Shown here one piece after another: positions 9,791 through 18,661 of a DNA stretch of 64,000 bases. The first letter of the stretch is position 1. Each line of letters opens with the position of its first letter. The notes beneath the pieces are model-generated. The model was given only the letters and a program-made list of their open reading frames with translations, was not told the DNA's origin and made no database searches. Source of the DNA: Candidatus Micrarchaeota archaeon (GTDB lineage: Archaea > Micrarchaeota > Micrarchaeia > Anstonellales > Bilamarchaeaceae); NCBI GenBank assembly GCA_964588555.1, contig CAZPPT010000002.1, positions 101,979-165,978 on the forward strand, read 5' to 3'. A program made the translations under genes and the position numbers.

Positions 9791-10106
9791 GATTTTTCTT
9801 GATACAAATGTATTGGTATCCGCTACCTTTTGGAAGGGTAGCGCCTATATCCTAAGAGATTTCAATGCAACTGAAGAAAAGGCAGACGAATACATTCAAA
9901 AATTACTTGAATTTCTGGAAGTAGTTTCACCGACTGAGTATTTCGATATTATAAAAAACGATCCTTCTGATAACAAAATACTTGCAGGGGCTGTTAAATC
10001 TAAATCTGATTTTATTGTTTCCTACGATCGTAAACATGTTTTGGCTCTAAAAAATTTTAAAGGAATATGTATCGTAACGCCGGAAGAGGTTCTTGAAAAG
10101 ATATAA
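9783..10106 (+). CDS. PIN-domain protein (VapC-like toxin)
   Basis: MIKIFLDTNVLVSA N-terminal PIN motif, and SYDRKHV near the C-terminus. ORF listed from 9744; the internal Met at 9783 is preferred. Confidence 0.55.
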   Translation: MIKIFLDTNVLVSATFWKGSAYILRDFNATEEKADEYIQKLLEFLEVVSPTEYFDIIKNDPSDNKILAGAVKSKSDFIVSYDRKHVLALKNFKGICIVTPEEVLEKI

Positions 10107-10114
10107 GTGGTTTT

Positions 10115-11392
10115 ATGACAAAAGTATACATTCAAACATACGGCTGCACACTAAACCAGGCAGATACGGACATGATGAAGGCGATACTTCTTGAACGCGG
10201 GTACAAGATAACTGAAAACGAAGAGGAAAGCGATGCAATAATCCTAAATACATGCACCGTAAAAGGAGCGACCGAAAGCAAAATCACGGAAAAAATCAAA
10301 GCGCTTACGGCGAAACGTAAAAAGGTGGTGGTTGCGGGCTGCCTTACTGCAAATGAAGAACGGATAAGGAAAATTGCACCCTATGCACCGATTGTCGGGA
10401 CATCGTCCCTTAAATCAATTGATAGTGCGGTAGAAGCTGCATTTCATGAAAAACCGCGCGTATTCAAATCATTTGAATCAAAGGATGCCCTCCCCAAACT
10501 AATCACCGCACCGATCATGCGCATCCCAATTAATGACGGGTGCACATCCGCATGCCACTTCTGCCAAACAAAGCTTGCACGGCCGTTCCTAAGGAGCTAT
10601 TCGCCAAAGACGATTGCAAAATGGATAGATGAAAGCATACGAAAGGGGGCGCGTGAAATCCAGCTCACAAGCATGGATTCCGGCGCATATGGGATTGATT
10701 TGAAAACAAATTTGATTGAGCTTCTCAAATCAATCTCGCATGATGACAGTGAAACCGTGGCGCGCGAACCGTTCCTTATCCGTTTAGGGATGATCAACCC
10801 AAACCACGCGTACCGTATGCGTACGGATCTCATTCTGGCATTAAAGCATCCCCGATTCTATAAGTTTCTTCATCTTCCCGTACAGGCAGGAAGCGAACGG
10901 GTATGTAATGAAATGAACCGGGACCACGGCATACGGGAGTTTGTAGAGGTTGCGCGCGATTTTAGGAACGAATTTCCCGAAGGCACGCTTGCAACTGACA
11001 TCATTGTAGGTTATCCAACTGAAACCGAATCTGATTTTGAAGAAACCATGGAACTCCTAAGGACAATACGGCCTGATGTAACGAACGTTTCAAAATTCAG
11101 CCCGCGGCCGGGGACGGAGGCAAAAAAACTTAAGCAATTAAACACAGAAGAGCTCAAGCGAAGGAGCATGCTGGTAAGTGCGCTTGCAAAAAAAATAAGC
11201 GGCGAAAGAAACAGAGAATGCGTCGGTAAAATATACCGCGTCCTCGTAATTGAAAAGGCAGCGGATTTCAAGGCAAGAAATGAAAACTATAAACAGGTAG
11301 TGATAAAGGATTTTGAGGGAAAACGAGGGGATGTGGTAGAAGTAAAAATATATAATGCGAAAGATACTGCACTATTTGGCAAACTGATCTAG
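10115..11392 (+). CDS. MiaB-like radical-SAM methylthiotransferase (tRNA t6A/i6A methylthiotransferase family) with C-terminal TRAM-like domain
   Basis: MTTase N-domain YIQTYGCTLNQADTD, radical-SAM CTSACHFCQT (CxxxCxxC), C-terminal beta-rich TRAM-like region. Confidence 0.8.
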   Translation: MTKVYIQTYGCTLNQADTDMMKAILLERGYKITENEEESDAIILNTCTVKGATESKITEKIKALTAKRKKVVVAGCLTANEERIRKIAPYAPIVGTSSLKSIDSAVEAAFHEKPRVFKSFESKDALPKLITAPIMRIPINDGCTSACHFCQTKLARPFLRSYSPKTIAKWIDESIRKGAREIQLTSMDSGAYGIDLKTNLIELLKSISHDDSETVAREPFLIRLGMINPNHAYRMRTDLILALKHPRFYKFLHLPVQAGSERVCNEMNRDHGIREFVEVARDFRNEFPEGTLATDIIVGYPTETESDFEETMELLRTIRPDVTNVSKFSPRPGTEAKKLKQLNTEELKRRSMLVSALAKKISGERNRECVGKIYRVLVIEKAADFKARNENYKQVVIKDFEGKRGDVVEVKIYNAKDTALFGKLI

Positions 11393-11944
11393 TTACTGGT
11401 ACACGAACACGTCCATAACTGCAAGCTGTTCGCGGTCAATTTCATCATATGCGCCGCTGACAGCAGGCTTGATAACCGTAATGACACGGCGTACGCGTGC
11501 AATGTTCCTGTTATTTCGGTTAATGGATTGGATGTTCTCCCCGACCCGCAGTACGACTGCTTCACGGCTTAGGGGATCCGTTTCCTGCAACGTCACTTCG
11601 GCAGTCATAAAATAAGGGGTTGCAAGCTTGCTTCTGACATCTTCAGGCGCAAGGCTAATTGCACATTCGATCTTATCGCGATCAAGGCGGCGGTCTTCCC
11701 AGCTTACAGCAAAGCCAAGCTGGGCCATTGCAGCGCAGTCCGCGGGATTTTGACCCGAGGGCAGGTAGCCCGGGGTAAGAAGTGCATCGCTTATACGGAT
11801 TGCCTCCTTTGTAAGGTCGCCACTCTGCACATCCAGGGAGGTACGAAGGCTCTGCCAATAGGAAAGAAGTGCAAGTAGTGCAAGGATAAAAATAACCGTT
11901 GCGATGATCGCGTCAAAACTAAAATATTGTCCCTTGTACATACG
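11393..11944 (-). CDS. pilin-like protein with class III signal peptide
   Basis: MRMYKG|QYFSFDAIIATVIFILALLALL when started at the internal Met. ORF listed to 12025. Confidence 0.45.
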   Translation of the reverse strand, partial: RMYKGQYFSFDAIIATVIFILALLALLSYWQSLRTSLDVQSGDLTKEAIRISDALLTPGYLPSGQNPADCAAMAQLGFAVSWEDRRLDRDKIECAISLAPEDVRSKLATPYFMTAEVTLQETDPLSREAVVLRVGENIQSINRNNRNIARVRRVITVIKPAVSGAYDEIDREQLAVMDVFVYQ

Positions 11945-11951
11945 CATAAGT

Positions 11952-12449
11952 TCACCTTGGTTGCTCAACATATACGGTGGTTCCGTCATTATAGAAAACA
12001 AGCCGATTTGAACAACGGACGCCACCTATGGCCTTGTCACTGGCCAGAACCCCATCGCCTTCAATGCACCCCGGGGAAGCGGGCGGAGGCTCGTCAAATT
12101 GGTAATTATATGTCGCAAGCGGATACGCGATGGTTATGGGACCGTACGTCCCTTGCCAGTTAAACAAAAGCCTCCCATTTTGGGGTTGGAACTCAACCGT
12201 ATACGGCCTTCCTTCAAGATTGACCCTAAATGTCATGTTGGCGTGGAACCCCCTGCCGCTTCGCACGGCAAGATTAGCCGCATCTGCAAAACCCGCGCCG
12301 GTCTCCTGTGCAAGAATCCCTTCCCTTCGCTGGACTTCCTGCGCCTGAATAAATGCGGTCACTGAGAATGCGACGATAAGCACAATAAGAAAGACGCTTG
12401 CATAGATGAAAAATTCCGTCGCGACTTGTCCACGTACCATAGTAATCAA
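11952..12449 (-). CDS. pilin-like protein with class III signal peptide
   Basis: MITMVRG|QVATEFFIYASVFLIVLIVAF. Confidence 0.5.
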   Translation of the reverse strand: MITMVRGQVATEFFIYASVFLIVLIVAFSVTAFIQAQEVQRREGILAQETGAGFADAANLAVRSGRGFHANMTFRVNLEGRPYTVEFQPQNGRLLFNWQGTYGPITIAYPLATYNYQFDEPPPASPGCIEGDGVLASDKAIGGVRCSNRLVFYNDGTTVYVEQPR

Positions 12450-12868
12450 CTTTTGATAATCACCGGTTGACCCGCTGATTGGCTATCTACTTCAAGCACA
12501 ATGCGGGTAAGCCCGATGCTGCCCGTAATTAAGCGGGGCTCTACCTTTGCAAAAAAAGGCGATGATGCTTCGTATACCCCGGTTGACGTCCTGAGTGTAA
12601 GCGTGACCTCATTATCAGCAATGCGAAGCGATTCGGTATTGCTTGGAAGCGCAACTGAAAGCACCCGTTGTGCATACGGGCCCTGCGTATACACCTCGTT
12701 TATGCTGTCCGCAATGGTCTTTGAGACTGCGTTTGCCTGTGCACGTGCGGCATCCTCATACCCATATTGTGAAACCGTAAGCATAAGGATTATGATTGGC
12801 ACGGTGAATGCAAGAAGTATGCCAAACGTAACAAGAAGCTCAAGCGATATCTGGCCGCGCATGGTCAT
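12446..12868 (-). CDS. pilin-like protein with class III signal peptide
   Basis: MTMRG|QISLELLVTFGILLAF, the classic QxSxE prepilin motif. ORF listed to 12898. Confidence 0.55.
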   Translation of the reverse strand: MTMRGQISLELLVTFGILLAFTVPIIILMLTVSQYGYEDAARAQANAVSKTIADSINEVYTQGPYAQRVLSVALPSNTESLRIADNEVTLTLRTSTGVYEASSPFFAKVEPRLITGSIGLTRIVLEVDSQSAGQPVIIKS

Positions 12869-14490
12869 CCGCACTCCGCCCCGACTCCCGGCACACACGC
12901 AAGTGTGTCACGTTGTGGGCCAAGAAAATCGTCTTGTGCCCCTGTCCCAAGCCTGAAATGCCCAACAAGCGATGGCTGGGAACACATCTCAAAATCCTTG
13001 CAGCCAGGCATTCCACGGACTTTAGTGCCCTGAATGCCGGTAAATAGTTCGCGCGCCGCCCTGCTTACGTCATCAGGATAGGTGGTTTGAGGCGATGAAA
13101 TGACAGCGGAATGCCCGCCTATATACGAGCCAACCATGAATGTCTCAATGCCATAATTTGAGCTTGAGCGCGTGAAACTGTTGCTAAAGAGGCGCTGGAA
13201 ATAGGAGGGAGAACGTTCGTTTCCGGTGTAATAGCTGCATGCGGCAAAATCGCGCAGGTTTTCAATGTTAAAAAGGCGCCCGTTTGCCGAAAGCTTGTTT
13301 TCAGGCGTGGCAAGCACTTCACGCGGGCTATAACGGGTTACAAAAAGCGCACAGTGTGAGGCGTTCTGGTTTCCTTCAAGGTCAGGGCACAGTGCGCCAT
13401 GGTCGCTTGTAAAGCCGGATATTACGACAAACGGCTTGTCAGTCTGCTCAAAGCCGGCACTCAGCGAGGCGACGCAGAGCGAGTTATACTGGATTGCGTT
13501 AAATGTATCTTCCTCATCAGGACTTGTAGGGCATGCCGATGCGACAAGCCGTGGTTTTTCAACAAGAATATACGCGCCAAACTCAGTGTGGTCAACTGCG
13601 TTATTAGTTCGTGCACCTATATTAAGGATGTCACCATAAGTGCCAAAGAGGATGTATTTTTCACGGTCAATCGGATCGATTGCGCCAGGATTATTCGCAA
13701 CCTCGTCCGCTGAAACCAAAAGCCCATAAAACCACCCTTGGCCTTCGGCCCCGCCAAATACCTGTGCCGGGACAAGGTCGCTGTCCTTTGAATAGGGGGA
13801 ATAAAAGAAGAACTGTTTTTCTATGTTTCCTGACTTTTGGGTTTTCCATGCCCGCGTTATTGCCGGATCAATAAGGCCGGAAATAGGAAGGTCGCCACTG
13901 ACGGCATAATCCCGCTCAATGAATGAAATGCGGTTTTTCTCCTCAAGGATAAGATGGAGGTTGAACGAATAGCTTACGTTTTCACGCGTGTTTTGGAACA
14001 CGTCAAAATTTGAGATTGAATAATTGCTTACCTGCATGCCGGTTTGGGAGATGGACGTGTTTAACCGGTCTATCCAAGCGCGAAACGTTGCAGACTGCCT
14101 CATGGAGGGAAGCTGTGCCAGCGGATTTTCAAAGTGGGTGCCTTCGGTAGTACCATGTGAAAAAAGGTCGTACATGATTGCCCGTATCTGAGTGCGCTCG
14201 GCAGGCGAATCCGCACCTCCGCCTGAACGCACAGGGTTGTCAACTGAATAACCGTTAAGCGTTTTCAATGCGTCGTAAAGCGCAATGTCGCTGAATTGCC
14301 GTATCTCTTCATCGGTTATTTGCATTGCGATAAGCTCAAGGTTTGACGTCCGAAAGCGGTCTGCATAGCGACGTTCGCTTTCCTGTAATGCGCTTGTCCA
14401 CACGGAAAGCGAGACGAGGATATACCCAAGAATAACAAATACGATGATAACAAAGAAAAAACCCTTTTTAGATGAGATGTTGCCGTGCAT
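12865..14490 (-). CDS. large N-terminally anchored hypothetical protein inside the pilin operon (possible pilus-associated adhesin/assembly protein)
   Basis: 541 aa with N-terminal TM FFFVIIVFVILGYILVSLSVW and no enzymatic motifs. Flanked by pilin-like genes on both sides. Confidence 0.4.
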   Translation of the reverse strand: MHGNISSKKGFFFVIIVFVILGYILVSLSVWTSALQESERRYADRFRTSNLELIAMQITDEEIRQFSDIALYDALKTLNGYSVDNPVRSGGGADSPAERTQIRAIMYDLFSHGTTEGTHFENPLAQLPSMRQSATFRAWIDRLNTSISQTGMQVSNYSISNFDVFQNTRENVSYSFNLHLILEEKNRISFIERDYAVSGDLPISGLIDPAITRAWKTQKSGNIEKQFFFYSPYSKDSDLVPAQVFGGAEGQGWFYGLLVSADEVANNPGAIDPIDREKYILFGTYGDILNIGARTNNAVDHTEFGAYILVEKPRLVASACPTSPDEEDTFNAIQYNSLCVASLSAGFEQTDKPFVVISGFTSDHGALCPDLEGNQNASHCALFVTRYSPREVLATPENKLSANGRLFNIENLRDFAACSYYTGNERSPSYFQRLFSNSFTRSSSNYGIETFMVGSYIGGHSAVISSPQTTYPDDVSRAARELFTGIQGTKVRGMPGCKDFEMCSQPSLVGHFRLGTGAQDDFLGPQRDTLACVPGVGAECG

Positions 14491-14498
14491 ATGATCAA

Positions 14499-15116
14499 CT
14501 ACGTAAAGACGATTAATTCGACAACCGCCGTCTCTGCCGCCGCACCCTCATCAACGATTTGCGGCAGGTCGCATAGCGGAATTCCTGCACCGCCTATTCC
14601 CTGGCACGTGTTGTGCCGATAGGGATTCTCAGGCGGTTTGACTGCCTCATTATACTGGAACACGAGTATATGTGCCGAAGCGCTCAGGCGGTCCTTGTGC
14701 GGTTTATGGGTTCGGAATGCCGGAGTCTCATCGGCAGTTGAATAAACTTTAGTCGGGATACCGCTTTGGTCAAGAATATTTACCGTGTACCCATATTGCG
14801 GCGGAATGAGCTGATCAAGGAAAAACTTAAATTCCCTATCCGGATCCTGTGCCCTGAACGTAAGATACTCAAGAAACGTTGCGTCCCCGACCGCGTCGCA
14901 ATAACTCGGGGTCCCCGGGTAAAGGGCTCGGTCGCAATAGGTCTGGGAAAGCGAGACGAGCGAATCCTTTGCAAGAAAATGCGCCTGCGTGAGCGTATTA
15001 TAATACGCTGAAGGGATGCTTGAGAAAAAAATCATGGTATATATTGCCGCAAGGGAAAGCGTGAACGCTACAAATGCATCAAGTGAGAAGATAAACCCCT
15101 TTTGTGATTTCTGCAT
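14499..15116 (-). CDS. pilin-like protein with class III-type signal peptide
   Basis: MQKSQKG|FIFSLDAFVAFTLSLAAIYTMIFF. First gene of the minus-strand pilin operon. Confidence 0.45.
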   Translation of the reverse strand: MQKSQKGFIFSLDAFVAFTLSLAAIYTMIFFSSIPSAYYNTLTQAHFLAKDSLVSLSQTYCDRALYPGTPSYCDAVGDATFLEYLTFRAQDPDREFKFFLDQLIPPQYGYTVNILDQSGIPTKVYSTADETPAFRTHKPHKDRLSASAHILVFQYNEAVKPPENPYRHNTCQGIGGAGIPLCDLPQIVDEGAAAETAVVELIVFT

Positions 15117-15252
15117 CAGAATATATTCGGTTAGAACGTTTAAAAAGGATAGCGAAAAGGGGATTATAGTTCGGCTGCCTTCATTTATAAGAAAAGGACA
15201 TCTGCAAATGGAAAAGAATATTAATTAAAACTTAAGATTGTAAAGAGTATTC

Positions 15253-16479
15253 ATGCTCATCAGAAACGGCAACGTATTTTTCAATAATGAAGTGAGGCGG
15301 ACGGACCTTTTGATTGCTGATGGCACGATCAAAAAAATAGGGAGGCTCGAAACGAGCGAACGCGAGATGGAAGATGAAATTATCGATGCCCGCGGGCAAC
15401 TTCTCCTTCCGGGCCTTATAGACGTACATGTCCACCTCCGCGAGCCGGGCGATACGTATAAGGAGGATTTTGCAACTGGCAGCCGCGCGGCACTTGCAGG
15501 CGGAATCACCACAGTTATGGATATGCCAAACAATAGGGTTCCGACAATCACGGTGACTCGCTTAAGGGAAAAGGAAGAGCTCGCCAGAAAAAAATCGCTT
15601 TGTGATATCTTTTTCCATTTTGGATCAACAAACAATAATTTCGACCAGATACGCGCCGCAAAACCGCGGTCAATCAAGATATACATGAGCGAAACCACGG
15701 GAAATATGGCCGTTGATGAAAATGCATTTGTGAAACATTGCAACGAGTTCGACTCGAAAAAACCGATCGTAGTCCACGCTGAAGGTGAAAAGTTGGTTAA
15801 ACGGCTCGCCTCGCTTACGAAACGGAAATTGCATTTGGCACACACGACGGCAAAAAATGAGGTCGAAATCGTGAAATCGCACGGGTGGAGTGCGGAAGTG
15901 GCGCCCCATCACCTGTTCCTATCAAAAAAACATGCTGAAAAGTTGGGAAAACGGGCGCTTGTAAAACCGCCATTACGTGACGAGGCTGAGCGAAAGGCGC
16001 TCTGGGGCATGCTTGACACGATTGATTGCATTGCAACTGATCATGCGCCGCATACGCTTGAGGATAAGGAAGAAGGCGCATACGGGTTTCCCGGACTGGA
16101 AACGTCACTTGCGCTTATGCTCGATGCATACAATAAAAAAAATATATCGCTTGAATGGCTTGTAACACGCATGGCCATTAATCCTGCCAAGTTATTTGAT
16201 TTAAATGACCGCGGGGGGATTTCAATTGAAAAGAAAGCAGACCTCATTTTTGTTGATCCGAGGCATGCGTGGACGATTAAGGGCGAAGAGCTGCAAACAA
16301 AATGCAAATGGACGCCATTTGATCGCTGGCAGGTAAAAGGAAAGGTAATGCGCGTAATACGGGATGGAAAGCTTGTTTTTGAAGAAGGGGAATTTGTAGG
16401 CGAGAACCTAAAAAAGTGGGGTGAACGCAATGGTGAAAAAAACATCCGGCGGGTCGGGGGAAGCGACAGAGAAGAGTAA
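15253..16479 (+). CDS. pyrC: dihydroorotase
   Basis: Metal-binding HxH (GLIDVHVHLREPG), DHAPH, and the amidohydrolase-fold pattern. Confidence 0.8.
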   Translation: MLIRNGNVFFNNEVRRTDLLIADGTIKKIGRLETSEREMEDEIIDARGQLLLPGLIDVHVHLREPGDTYKEDFATGSRAALAGGITTVMDMPNNRVPTITVTRLREKEELARKKSLCDIFFHFGSTNNNFDQIRAAKPRSIKIYMSETTGNMAVDENAFVKHCNEFDSKKPIVVHAEGEKLVKRLASLTKRKLHLAHTTAKNEVEIVKSHGWSAEVAPHHLFLSKKHAEKLGKRALVKPPLRDEAERKALWGMLDTIDCIATDHAPHTLEDKEEGAYGFPGLETSLALMLDAYNKKNISLEWLVTRMAINPAKLFDLNDRGGISIEKKADLIFVDPRHAWTIKGEELQTKCKWTPFDRWQVKGKVMRVIRDGKLVFEEGEFVGENLKKWGERNGEKNIRRVGGSDREE

Positions 16480-17041
16480 CCTCAATAAAAAAGAGTTGCC
16501 ACCGGAACAACGTGAAGAACTGCTAAGCGTATTGAAAGCCCGTTTTGATAAATATATACATCGCCATGGAAGCATTGCATGGGCTGCCGTACAGGCACGG
16601 CTTAAAGCCGATCCTAAAAAACTGTGGTCACTTAACGAAATGGAACGAACTGGCGGTGAACCGGATGTTGTAGCTCATGATACAAAAACAGGCGAATACG
16701 TCTTTTATGATTGTTCAACGGAAAGCCCAAATGGCCGAAGGTCCCTCTGTTATGACCGTGAGGCGCTCAATTCAAGAAAGGAACATAAGCCACAAAATAG
16801 CGCACTTGAAATGGCGGCTTCCATGGGCATTGAACTTTTGACAGAGGCGCAATACCGAGAGTTGCAGAAGCTTGGAACGTTCGATACAAAAACATCGAGC
16901 TGGGTGAAAACACCGCCCCCCATTAGAAAACTCGGCGGTGCCCTCTTTTGTGATCGCCGCTACAGTCATGTTTTTGTCTATCACAACGGTGCGGAATCAT
17001 ATTACGCCGCAAGGGGTTTCCGTGGTGAGCTTCGAGTCTAA
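16421..17041 (+). CDS. conserved hypothetical protein (possibly DUF4256-like)
   Basis: 206-aa ORF overlapping the pyrC 3' end by 59 nt. Cys-containing YVFYDCSTESPNG...LFCDRRYSHVFVYHNG. Start codon uncertain. Confidence 0.35.
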   Translation: MNAMVKKTSGGSGEATEKSNLNKKELPPEQREELLSVLKARFDKYIHRHGSIAWAAVQARLKADPKKLWSLNEMERTGGEPDVVAHDTKTGEYVFYDCSTESPNGRRSLCYDREALNSRKEHKPQNSALEMAASMGIELLTEAQYRELQKLGTFDTKTSSWVKTPPPIRKLGGALFCDRRYSHVFVYHNGAESYYAARGFRGELRV

Positions 17042-17067
17042 TTTTGTATAGACGGTTTTTTGACAAT

Positions 17068-18243
17068 TCAAAACACAAGTGACGCAATCCACGGAAGCGC
17101 AATGAACGTGCCAATGCTTGCGCCGATGTTCGTATACATGACAACAAGAAGTATGCGCGTTACTTTGTTTTGTTCAAAATCCCGGTAGCTGTTGAGATTA
17201 TTGAGGCCTTCAAAATCTTTCACTTGAGGAAGGGACATCTTTGCCTGCGCAAGCCCTGAAAACCACCCTGCTGCAAGGAGCGGATGAAGCGTCGTAACGG
17301 GCGCACTTGCAAATGCCGCCGCAATGGCAATGGGATGCGCACGGGCAAGAAGCGCGCCAATCGCTGCCAGCGTGCCGGTTACAAGCGTCCACAAGATAAT
17401 CGTATTGAGGCCGGCAGTAACGCCCTGCGTAAGAAATGCATAACCGATCAAGCCAAGGACAAGAAGTGGGATAACAAGTGTTATAAGGTGCAGGCCCGGC
17501 CTTTCCTTTGGAACGGTGATTATTTCCGCAATCGAATAATCCTGTGCAATATGCGACGCAATACCGTCAACGTGGCCCGCGCCGACCACTGCGACGATCT
17601 TGTTGCCTGACAGGTCACGGATCTTGCGCGCAATAAAAAGGTCGCGTTCATCAATAAGAACCTTTTTAATGGTCGGAAAATCGCGCCCGAGCTTTTGCAA
17701 AAGCGCGCTTAGCGTGTCGTGCTCCTTTAATTTCTCGACAGTCTGTTCGTTGATCTCCTGCCTGTTTGGGGAAAAGAGGCCCCCCACAAGGTCGGCAAGG
17801 AAACGAACCTTTTCCCAAAGAGTAAGGAAATGAAACGCGCGCTTAAGCGTGATACGGACATCGCGGTCAAGAAGTGCAACGGGTACCTTGTTCCTGCTCG
17901 CCGTATCAATTGCCTCAAGCATCTCGGAACCGGGTTTCTCATGAAGCCGCGCGCCGATCTGCCGCTGAAAGTTCTTAAGGATAAGCGTAAGGAGAAATAC
18001 CCAGACCTGGCCGGTTTTTATGAGTTCCGCAACATTAAGCTCCTGGAATTTTTTTTCGTTCCGAAGTGCGTCATACCTGCCTGCGTCAAGCTCCACTCCC
18101 ACGACATCCGGCTTCTGTGCCTCGATGGTCGCGGCGACAAGCTCACGGGATTTTTTTGAAACGTGTGCGGTGCCGACAAGGATGATCTCCTTTCCATTAT
18201 AACTGACCCTTTTAAGTACCATGCCATTCGCCAAGTCATTCAA
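17068..18243 (-). CDS. TraB/PrgY-family protein
   Basis: LVGTAHVSKKS motif plus a C-terminal polytopic membrane domain. Confidence 0.6.
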   Translation of the reverse strand: MNDLANGMVLKRVSYNGKEIILVGTAHVSKKSRELVAATIEAQKPDVVGVELDAGRYDALRNEKKFQELNVAELIKTGQVWVFLLTLILKNFQRQIGARLHEKPGSEMLEAIDTASRNKVPVALLDRDVRITLKRAFHFLTLWEKVRFLADLVGGLFSPNRQEINEQTVEKLKEHDTLSALLQKLGRDFPTIKKVLIDERDLFIARKIRDLSGNKIVAVVGAGHVDGIASHIAQDYSIAEIITVPKERPGLHLITLVIPLLVLGLIGYAFLTQGVTAGLNTIILWTLVTGTLAAIGALLARAHPIAIAAAFASAPVTTLHPLLAAGWFSGLAQAKMSLPQVKDFEGLNNLNSYRDFEQNKVTRILLVVMYTNIGASIGTFIALPWIASLVF

Positions 18244-18661
18244 GTTTTACATGTATGAGGAGGCCGTCGTACGTAATGTTAAATCGCCGCAGTCCCGGAG
18301 AGGGCGTGTCAAGTATGACAGATTCCTCGAGTGGGAAACGCACCGTATCGACAATATCCGTATCGCCGCTTCTTGTAGATGCCTGGACAATGACTTCGCC
18401 GCCGCCCCCAAGGTTTCGCACCTCGACCTTCTTTACACGAGGAGGAATAAATATTTCCGCAACCACGGATGAATCCGTCCCCAGGTTTCCGACCGAATTT
18501 ATGAGGTATGCAAGACGGGTTGAAACAAGTTCCGCCTGCACTTGGTAAAGTTGTTCGTAGCTCTCAGTACTCTTTAGGTAAATAGTAAATAAAAGAGGGA
18601 TAAAAATAACGAGTATTGCCGCGATAATGACCATTAATTCAGTACTGATCTGCCCTTTCAT
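18236..18661 (-). CDS. pilin-like protein with class III signal peptide
   Basis: MKG|QISTELMVIIAAILVIFIPLLF. Confidence 0.5.
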   Translation of the reverse strand: MKGQISTELMVIIAAILVIFIPLLFTIYLKSTESYEQLYQVQAELVSTRLAYLINSVGNLGTDSSVVAEIFIPPRVKKVEVRNLGGGGEVIVQASTRSGDTDIVDTVRFPLEESVILDTPSPGLRRFNITYDGLLIHVKLE

